Shown here piece after piece: positions 1 through 7,378 of a stretch of 24,689 nucleotides of DNA. The DNA is from an uncultured Verrucomicrobiales bacterium (GTDB lineage Bacteria; Verrucomicrobiota; Verrucomicrobiia; Verrucomicrobiales; DEV007): NCBI GenBank assembly GCA_937893785.1, contig CALCSP010000587.1:1-24689 (forward strand), in the 5' to 3' direction. Position numbers and translations under genes: made by a program. Each line of letters starts with the position of its first letter. Within the stretch, counting starts at the first letter, position 1. Below the pieces are notes generated by a model, which made no database searches, was not told where the DNA came from, and saw only the letters and a list, made by a program, of their open reading frames with translations.

Positions 1-921
1 AAGCATGAGGGAAGCGAACCTCGTGGAATCTGTCTGGAAGGCCAGATAAACGAGATCATACATGCAACGGATGTATTCCTTTGGATCTTTGTGGGATGCA
101 TCAAGATTAAGACCCTTGGTATCAAGTTGCGGTAACGGCTCGTGTGTCCATTTACTGGTGCGCTCAACACGTTGTTCCAGCGCCCGAATCGATTCAAGAT
201 ACTCCTCGACCTTACCTTGATCTTCCTGGCCAAGGCGAGCTTTAAGACTTCGGCTCTGGTCCATCAACAGGTCGAGAATGCTCGCCTCGCGTTTCAGCCC
301 GGCACGCACTTGCTCGACACCCTTACCGGCGTAGGGATTAAAAAGCCGGCTAAAAATCTCTTGTGGCTTGCTCATGGAGGGAATCGGCCGTCCGGGACCT
401 CGGTGGGAAAGCGTCTTGCTTCGCCCGTAGGAACCGGTTCCACCCTCGGTACCCAGAACCATGGACGCAAAACGCGTCTTGTGTCCATGAACGTTGGCAG
501 CAACCTGATCGATGGAAATACTGTTCGTCTTCTGGCTACCGACCATGTCCGCACCCGTGGCAAAGACATCACCCGAACTGTGCCCGCCCAGAGACCAGCC
601 GCCGGCATGATCCAAACCGCGGTAGTAACTCACGTAGTCTTTGAGCGGCTCAAAGGGTTTGGCGGATTGATTAAAGCTAAGCGGACCAGCATCCCGGCAA
701 GGCCACCAGCTCCAATCGTGGTGCGGCTTGTTAGGGGTTGGAACGCCAGCTGAACCATTGGGCATATAGGCACCGTAAGAAAAATAACTCACAAGCATCC
801 GCTTCGGAATCACCTTGGAAGGCGCCGCCAACCCCATACTATTTAACAGCGGCAGAGCCAAAGCAATACCACCACCCTTTAGCATTTCACGTCGATTCAG
901 ATGCCAGCTTTTCGGTTTCAT
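1..921 (-). CDS. DUF1552 (HXXSHH-family) protein with Tat-like signal; 3' end runs off the left edge of the window (not in the ORF track)
   Basis: Hand translation of the minus strand from ATG at 921 is open to base 1 (307 codons): MKPKSWHLNRREMLKGGGIALALPLLNSMGWAA...MPNG...GLDHAGG...NSISIDQVAA...SILDLLMDQSRSLKARLGQEDQGKVEEYLESIRALEQRV...DLVYLAFQTDSTRFASLML. The RRxxLKG..ALALPxLxSM start, SISIDQVAA, the KVEEYLESIRxLE helix and LAFQTDSTR are typical DUF1552 motifs. It starts 12 nt after the stop of 934..3447. Confidence 0.9.
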   Translation of the reverse strand, partial: MKPKSWHLNRREMLKGGGIALALPLLNSMGLAAPSKVIPKRMLVSYFSYGAYMPNGSAGVPTPNKPHHDWSWWPCRDAGPLSFNQSAKPFEPLKDYVSYYRGLDHAGGWSLGGHSSGDVFATGADMVGSQKTNSISIDQVAANVHGHKTRFASMVLGTEGGTGSYGRSKTLSHRGPGRPIPSMSKPQEIFSRLFNPYAGKGVEQVRAGLKREASILDLLMDQSRSLKARLGQEDQGKVEEYLESIRALEQRVERTSKWTHEPLPQLDTKGLNLDASHKDPKEYIRCMYDLVYLAFQTDSTRFASLML

Positions 922-933
922 AATGATTCGCTT

Positions 934-3447
934 TTAATTATCCTCTGTTCCCTTGAATATATTACTCTGACAGATATTGATAATCATGTCGAGTAATCGA
1001 TAGCCATTCGTGGCGCAATCGGCAAGCAGTGCATCGACCACAAAACGATCGTGCAAGGTAAGTTCGCGGCCAATGCCATAGGTGAGCAAACGTCGCAAAA
1101 TATTTTCAGCAACGTCATTTTTGCGATGCTCGATAAGATACGCTTTCAGCTCAGGCATCCCGTCAACTTCCGGCCCATTTGGAACACGCGCAAAAGCCTC
1201 CACCTTTTCAGTATTGATGGTTTTAAGATAGGCCGCGTAACCGGCAAGATCTCCATGGTTTTGTAAATTGAATCCATCAACGCGCGCCCCTTCCTTTGGC
1301 ACTAGCGGCTGATACCTGCCGACAGCATTGTAATGTTCAAAAGGAATACCCCAAGGATCAAGCCTGGCGTGACAATCATTGCAACTTTCTTTCTGCCGAT
1401 GCTTTGCAAGCAAATCCTTTATAGTAAGTGCTTTTTCAGCAGATTCGCCTGCAGTGTCAGTAAGAGCAGGCACGTCGGCAGGTGGCGGTTTTACCTCATC
1501 ACCAAGAATGGCTTCACGCAACCACACTGCCCTATAAATCGGGTGAGGCGCAGATCCCGTGCCGTTGCCAATCAGCATCGAACCATGCGTGAGTAGCCCC
1601 CCCAACTGGTACTCAGGCTTTAAGGAAACGGCACGGAAGTCATTTCCTTGAACACCTGGCACACCGTAGTGCACCGCCAATGGCTGGTTCAGCCAAGCGA
1701 AATCGGAATCTACCAAGTTTTCTGCCCTAGAATTGCGGCGAATCAACTCAGCCACAAAGCCGGTCGTTTCCTCCAGCATATAATCGCGGATGGTTGGACG
1801 ATAAGGCATCTCCGTGCCCCTGCGTTCGCCGGCTGACACGTAATAAAGAAATCGAGGAAACAGCTGACTATTAATTGGCACTGTCTTCATCTTGGCCAGG
1901 CTCAACCACTGCATGGTAAAGTTGCGCACGAAGTTCTTGGACCGCTCATCTGCAAGCATACGACGCACTTGCTGCTCCAACACTTCGGACTCGTTGAGCT
2001 GGTTTTTCTCGGCCAGTTTGAACAATTCGTCATCTGGCATACTTCCCCAGAGGAAATAAGATAACCGTGAGGCCAACTCATACGAGCGCTCTGTCACCTC
2101 GTCATCCGCCACGGTATGGTAAAGAAATTGAGGTGATATCAGTACCATGGCCAATGTCTCCCGCATGGCGGCCTCCATCGTGCTTAATTCAGCCTGTACC
2201 AACTCGTAGATTTGGACAAAGCTATCCACTTCGACCTTGGAAGCCGGCCTACGAAAAGCTCGCGAAACAAAACGCGCGATAACCTCTCTCACATATGCCT
2301 GAGGTTTCTCCTCGCGCAAAGGCGATTCAAACAGGATGCGCCTGTGATGCCCGGGCGGCCATATGTCAGCGACAGGTGACTCAAATTCCATCCAATTGAT
2401 CACGACACGCGGCATAGTCAGGTTGCGATTGCCGTCATTGAGAGTGCCATCATCATACAAAACCTGTGGCGTGATAACTCGACTATCTGGCTGCTGATTT
2501 CCACGAATGACCCGCCCACGCTCAAGTGGGAAATTTTCAATACGCCCGCGAAACTCGTATACCTTCGGGTCATCAATACCGTTCACTAAATAGGCGCCAC
2601 CCACTGGTTTTACACGCTGAGTAGCGCTGTTGATCTGAATGGTCTGGCCAAGTAACAAACGCAATGGTGCCCCCTTCACTCCCGGCGGCAGAATGGCCGA
2701 TGCCTGCACTCGAATAACGAATTCTCCCGTCTCAGGAAAACTTTTTAATCCCATCCCATGCGCCGGTGAGTGACGGCGGTTGCCCCAAACGCCGACCTCG
2801 TCTCTTCCAATACCCCGATCAAGTCCATACGGCTGCCACTCGCGCCGAACCTTGTGAACCTCGGGTTTAATAGGATCGACGATGGTGCTCGCCATGATCT
2901 TACGGGCATTTTCCAAATACCGGTCCACTTGCTCCGGGCCCAGTAACATAAACTCGGCAGTATTATTAAAGTGGTAAGGCTTTTCCGGATCCTTTGGCAG
3001 GTTATCTTTTAAATCGAGCTGGAACCCGATCAAATCACGAATCGTATTCTCATACTCGAAATTAGTCAGCCGCCGCGCCTGCGGTGCAACCGTTTTGTTT
3101 CTGGCCTTAGTGACCACATTTCGCAACTCTGTATCTATCCATTCCGATACAGCCAGCACTTCCTGCTTGGTTGGACGTACCACTTCCTCTTCAGGTGGCA
3201 TTTCTCCAGTCTTCAGCACATCCAGAATCAACTCCCACTGCTCCAAACTCTGTTCTTCAGCCAAGTTGCCATCAAGTTCATGCAAGGTCACCTTACCCTT
3301 GGCCTTCTTTTGACCGTGGCATTTTACGCAATTGGCTTTGAAAAAAGGCGCTACTATCGAATCAAAGCCTACCGTGCCCTTCGGCACAGCATTGACTGGA
3401 AGCCCTAAGCTGAATAGGGCGATTACCACCACCCACCAAAACGTCAT
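934..3447 (-). CDS. Exported di-heme DUF1592/DUF1588-family protein (Planctomycete cytochrome c + PSD3/PSD5/PSD4/PSCyt3/PSD2-type domains)
   Basis: Hydrophobic signal peptide. CVKCH (3316-3330) and CNDCH (1369-1383) heme-binding motifs. RRLTNFEYENTIRDL (PSD3-like), RAFRRP (PSD5-like), YELASRLSYFLWGSMPDDEL (PSD4-like), GGLLTHGSML...RAVWLREAILG (PSCyt3-like), LLTYGIGREL (PSD2-like). ATGA overlap with the upstream stop. Confidence 0.9.
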   Translation of the reverse strand: MTFWWVVVIALFSLGLPVNAVPKGTVGFDSIVAPFFKANCVKCHGQKKAKGKVTLHELDGNLAEEQSLEQWELILDVLKTGEMPPEEEVVRPTKQEVLAVSEWIDTELRNVVTKARNKTVAPQARRLTNFEYENTIRDLIGFQLDLKDNLPKDPEKPYHFNNTAEFMLLGPEQVDRYLENARKIMASTIVDPIKPEVHKVRREWQPYGLDRGIGRDEVGVWGNRRHSPAHGMGLKSFPETGEFVIRVQASAILPPGVKGAPLRLLLGQTIQINSATQRVKPVGGAYLVNGIDDPKVYEFRGRIENFPLERGRVIRGNQQPDSRVITPQVLYDDGTLNDGNRNLTMPRVVINWMEFESPVADIWPPGHHRRILFESPLREEKPQAYVREVIARFVSRAFRRPASKVEVDSFVQIYELVQAELSTMEAAMRETLAMVLISPQFLYHTVADDEVTERSYELASRLSYFLWGSMPDDELFKLAEKNQLNESEVLEQQVRRMLADERSKNFVRNFTMQWLSLAKMKTVPINSQLFPRFLYYVSAGERRGTEMPYRPTIRDYMLEETTGFVAELIRRNSRAENLVDSDFAWLNQPLAVHYGVPGVQGNDFRAVSLKPEYQLGGLLTHGSMLIGNGTGSAPHPIYRAVWLREAILGDEVKPPPADVPALTDTAGESAEKALTIKDLLAKHRQKESCNDCHARLDPWGIPFEHYNAVGRYQPLVPKEGARVDGFNLQNHGDLAGYAAYLKTINTEKVEAFARVPNGPEVDGMPELKAYLIEHRKNDVAENILRRLLTYGIGRELTLHDRFVVDALLADCATNGYRLLDMIINICQSNIFKGTEDN

Positions 3448-4847
3448 ACCTTTAAGAAATGCTTAATCGGGCCGGTCTGCCCATGCCCGAACTTATTGAG
3501 GCCCGTATCGAGCGCTCCGTAGTGCTCAATGGGGTTTCCATAGGCATTAAGCAATGTCGTGTAGAAATTGCCAAGGGTGCTATGGCCAATTTGCCCGTAA
3601 TTCGGCAGTCGGATGTAGCGGCGCCGGAGGTCAACGCGTGCGTTGTTACCTGAAAGAATGATAAAAGGATATTCCCAACCATGACTATGGTGTGTCTCGC
3701 CACCATCAGGAAAATAAAAGAGCATTGTATTGTCAAACATTGTTCCTGTTCCCTCGGGCACACTCTTGAGTCGCTTCACAATACGATCGACTAATGTCAT
3801 GTGATGCGTGCGCGCGAGTTCACGTATGGTCTCGGCATCAAGGCCACCTATACTCTTGTTGTGACCGACATCGTGCATATTCACCTTCTCACCCTCGATG
3901 CCTGGAATGCCGGTATAGCGGTGACCGAGTTCATCCACAGTAAAGGCAACAACATTGGTAAGGCCAGAAATCAGTGCACCGAGCAACACTTCACTGTGAC
4001 CAATCTGCCGGTTAAAAGTATTGACCGCAGGATCAAGATATTTAGCATCAAGTTGGGGCACGTGCTTACGAATGGTATCCGCCATGGCATCAATCTTCCG
4101 GTTACGCTCACGTATCGTCTCCACGGAGTCCGCATAGTTCTGCACCTTGGCCTTCTCAATTCCGGACAATGAATTAGCAATACCCCCTTCGTTGTTGGAG
4201 ATGAATTCAAGCACCTTGCGATCAAGTTGATACTGAGTGCGCGCCTTTGAATCATTGGAAACAGATTTAAAGAGCTCTTGTAAAGCGACACGAGGTGAAC
4301 CAAAGGCATAATTAGGCTGCTGCGCTCCTCGGGCTGAAAACCCCGTAGCTACACCATCAAGGCTGCCTCTGGCATTGCCTCCGCCGAGCGGGAAGCAGGC
4401 CAATTCGATGTGACCTACTGGTGAAGGAAACAACTTGGCCAACTCGAAATCAACCGTTGCCCACTTGATTGAGCTGAGACGCTCGTTGGCCTTAAAAACA
4501 CCGAGCGACGAGCACCACGAATGGTGCCCAGTTGTGCACATCTTTCCCGAAAGCCCCTGCAAAATGGTTAAATTTTCCCGGTGTGCGGACAGCGGCGCAA
4601 GCCACTTGGGCAAATCGTGCCCATCCAAATCGACATCAAGCGCCTCCTTACGCTTCTCGAGATCCATTGACTTAGCATCAAGACTTGGCGGAACACACAC
4701 TTTTGGCCACAGGCCATTACCACGGTGCATGAAGATGAAGCGTGTCGGCGGCTTGGACAAGGTTGCGGAAAGCTGAGATGGATTCAGCACAGCCAATGCT
4801 CCAGCACTCAATAGTGACTGCTTTAAAAAATCTCGACGGTTGTTCAT
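3444..4847 (-). CDS. DUF1552-family protein with Tat signal
   Basis: N-terminus MNNRRDFLK is a near-consensus twin-arginine motif. LTILQGLS, AKVQNYADSVETIRE helix, HDVGHN in the place of HxxSHH, GTMFDNTMLFYFPDGGETHH. ATGA-coupled to both neighbours. Confidence 0.88.
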   Translation of the reverse strand: MNNRRDFLKQSLLSAGALAVLNPSQLSATLSKPPTRFIFMHRGNGLWPKVCVPPSLDAKSMDLEKRKEALDVDLDGHDLPKWLAPLSAHRENLTILQGLSGKMCTTGHHSWCSSLGVFKANERLSSIKWATVDFELAKLFPSPVGHIELACFPLGGGNARGSLDGVATGFSARGAQQPNYAFGSPRVALQELFKSVSNDSKARTQYQLDRKVLEFISNNEGGIANSLSGIEKAKVQNYADSVETIRERNRKIDAMADTIRKHVPQLDAKYLDPAVNTFNRQIGHSEVLLGALISGLTNVVAFTVDELGHRYTGIPGIEGEKVNMHDVGHNKSIGGLDAETIRELARTHHMTLVDRIVKRLKSVPEGTGTMFDNTMLFYFPDGGETHHSHGWEYPFIILSGNNARVDLRRRYIRLPNYGQIGHSTLGNFYTTLLNAYGNPIEHYGALDTGLNKFGHGQTGPIKHFLKV

Positions 4848-7378
4848 AGTTGCTGCCTAGTTGGTTTACGATACCGGAATGATTCGGATGTTAAAAGGGA
4901 AACAATGACCGATTTAAAACTACCTCCATTTTGAAGATAAGCACGGTCTGCATCAATAAGGGTTTGCGAATCGGAAAGCATTTCGTTGCGACCCATGTAA
5001 AAGCGAAAAGCGTGCCGAATAATACTCTGGCGCACCCGATCGGATTTGGAAAGACGATCGATCAGATCAAAGGGGTCCGTAACATTACCGTCCAAGGCGG
5101 GATCGCCAGTACCCACCAGTTCACCGAGCGTACTGACAAGCTTTGTCTTATAGGTGGTAGCACCGTTCTTCTTCCTGGGACCCGCAAGAATATGTTCCTC
5201 GTGCTCCAACGGTTCTTGAAGGCGGTAGCGGCCAAAATCATCAAATACCTCAAATGGCAACCCTAGCGGATTCATTTGTTGATGACACTTAATACATTCG
5301 GCCTTCAGCGTCACCGCCTCGACTCTTTCCCGAAATGTTTTGTGCGGGTCTTCCGGAACCTGTGCGTCAACGGTGATTGGTATATCAGGAACACGTCCAG
5401 CAAGAAGTTTTTCTCGAATCCAACGCCCACGCTTGATTGGATCGGTATGAAAATTGGAGGAATGAGCGATAAGCCACGCCGGATGAGTCAGTAATCCTTT
5501 GCGGTTCTGAATCGGGAAGGGTTGTGCGACGGGGTAATCCCAAAACTTTACGTCATCCAGACCCTTGTGGTTTTTGTGTTCTACTCCACCGTAACGGAAA
5601 GGGTTTGGTGTCGGCGGGAGGCTGTAAAAAACAGAGTGGTTATAGTGGTATCCATGCGCAAAAGAAGGTGTAGTAAACGGCGTTCGCCCCTTGCCGATTG
5701 TCTCCCCCCAGAAATGCATATAGCGCATGAATTCGCGTTTGGATTTAGCTCCTGAGACACGAACAGTTTTCTTTGTATTTAGATATTCCAGATTCTCCTC
5801 AATTACCTTCTCTGGATTCGCCTTCCAGTCCTTGTCCTTGAAATGGTGATAAACTTCAGTCCATTCCTCAATAACTTTACGACCAGTTTCATTGTCTTTG
5901 TCATGGTAAACAAAAAAATCTTCCGTATTGAGCAGTCGCTGGAAAACCTCCTGATCCTGCTGAAGGTGTCGGTCCACAATACGGTCAGCCTCCTTTACCA
6001 GAAAACCGGGAGTGCCAGCAGTACCTCGAGATGGATTTTGCCAATAACCATCGCTGCGCGGCACATCTTTGAAGATTTTAATAGCGTTAGGGTATCCAAA
6101 AAACTCCCGAAAAAACCGCACCTGTTTCGGATGCACGCTTTCATGTGAGCGCATATTTTTGCCGTTCAGACTGGGATCCACTGGACCCGCAAACCAGGTT
6201 TGATTTGCTAGCAGCCGCGTTACCTCGCGCTGGAAATCCTCCTTCGTGGAAAGCTTGCCAGTTTCAGCCGCCTGCCGGAGAATCTCATCAGGTCCACGAT
6301 CCCCTAGCGCATAGGCAATTGCATTGGCAGCCTCTCGCGGAGCAAGCTTTTTTCTTCCGTATTCGTCAATTGGCCCATCACCAAACTCCATTCGATAAAG
6401 AAATTCGGATTCCAGTAGCACCGTTGTGAGCATCTGCTGCAGCCCCGCGATATTACCCCCTAACTCGATGGAAGAACGCAACAGAGACAAATATTTTTCT
6501 ATCTCCCGGTTTGTTGCTTTTCTTTGAAGGACACAGTCGAACTGATATTCAATCGCTGATATCATCTCTAATTCACTCGGCACCCCATCCTTAAGCACAA
6601 TCACCTCCAGTGCTGGTGGAGTTTCTCTGGGATACCATCGATCTTGGGTATTCAGCGCTGCCAACAACTCAGCCTTTCTGGGTGTCTTGAGTTGCGCTGC
6701 GAAGATCTGTTTCTCAGCAATCCACTTAGCATTACTAAGCATCACTAGTAAATGCCCACCATCAAGAGTGGTTAGATCATAGTCACGCACCCCAGAATGA
6801 TCGGGTAACATAAAGGGGTTAGTAACACCGTGAAACTTCCGTGTTACAAAACTCGACCGCTCGCGACCATCCAGACGGAATACATCCATTACTCGCTGAT
6901 GAAAGATCTGCGGACTTACCAACCAACGACGCGCAGGTGACCACGCCTTGGCGCTCACTCCACCACTAAAAAGCTTATCGTGATCAACATAGTTTCCATA
7001 ACCTGGATAGCGCAGCTTTTCCTCCAGCTTGGAAGCGTTGTGTTTGAGCAACTCATTACGCACCCATTCGCTTAGCAGTTGCTGTTCAGCTTCACTTGGT
7101 TGCTCCTTTTTCTTAGGTGGCATTTCTTTCAAGAACAACTGCTCCTGAACCCGGTTTAATACATCCAGGCGTGCATCCAAATCCATGGCCGCCAGATTAT
7201 CCAGACGCACATCGCCTTTCTGAGAATCTTGCCCATGGCAATCAAAACAATGTGCCTCCATGACAGCACCTACCTTTAAAGAAATCGCAAAGGAATTATT
7301 CGCAACCACCCCACTGTTGCAGACCGCAAACCACATTATGGCTACGGAACAGATTACAAAGGGATTCATTCTTATCAT
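4844..7378 (-). CDS. Exported di-heme DUF1588/DUF1592-like protein (divergent subfamily)
   Basis: Signal peptide. CFDCH (7235-7249) and CIKCH (5282-5296). KEMPPKK after the first heme site, GLLTHPAWL...DPIKRGRWIREKLL...CIKCHQQMNPLGLPFEVFDDFGRYR (PSCyt3-like), AFRFYMGRN...SFKSVIVSLLTSESF (PSD2-like). Confidence 0.88.
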   Translation of the reverse strand: MIRMNPFVICSVAIMWFAVCNSGVVANNSFAISLKVGAVMEAHCFDCHGQDSQKGDVRLDNLAAMDLDARLDVLNRVQEQLFLKEMPPKKKEQPSEAEQQLLSEWVRNELLKHNASKLEEKLRYPGYGNYVDHDKLFSGGVSAKAWSPARRWLVSPQIFHQRVMDVFRLDGRERSSFVTRKFHGVTNPFMLPDHSGVRDYDLTTLDGGHLLVMLSNAKWIAEKQIFAAQLKTPRKAELLAALNTQDRWYPRETPPALEVIVLKDGVPSELEMISAIEYQFDCVLQRKATNREIEKYLSLLRSSIELGGNIAGLQQMLTTVLLESEFLYRMEFGDGPIDEYGRKKLAPREAANAIAYALGDRGPDEILRQAAETGKLSTKEDFQREVTRLLANQTWFAGPVDPSLNGKNMRSHESVHPKQVRFFREFFGYPNAIKIFKDVPRSDGYWQNPSRGTAGTPGFLVKEADRIVDRHLQQDQEVFQRLLNTEDFFVYHDKDNETGRKVIEEWTEVYHHFKDKDWKANPEKVIEENLEYLNTKKTVRVSGAKSKREFMRYMHFWGETIGKGRTPFTTPSFAHGYHYNHSVFYSLPPTPNPFRYGGVEHKNHKGLDDVKFWDYPVAQPFPIQNRKGLLTHPAWLIAHSSNFHTDPIKRGRWIREKLLAGRVPDIPITVDAQVPEDPHKTFRERVEAVTLKAECIKCHQQMNPLGLPFEVFDDFGRYRLQEPLEHEEHILAGPRKKNGATTYKTKLVSTLGELVGTGDPALDGNVTDPFDLIDRLSKSDRVRQSIIRHAFRFYMGRNEMLSDSQTLIDADRAYLQNGGSFKSVIVSLLTSESFRYRKPTRQQL

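Noticed and set aside
142-753. 203-aa plus-strand ORF
   Set aside because: It is the antisense shadow of the minus-strand DUF1552 gene (1..921), which has clear family motifs; the plus ORF has none.
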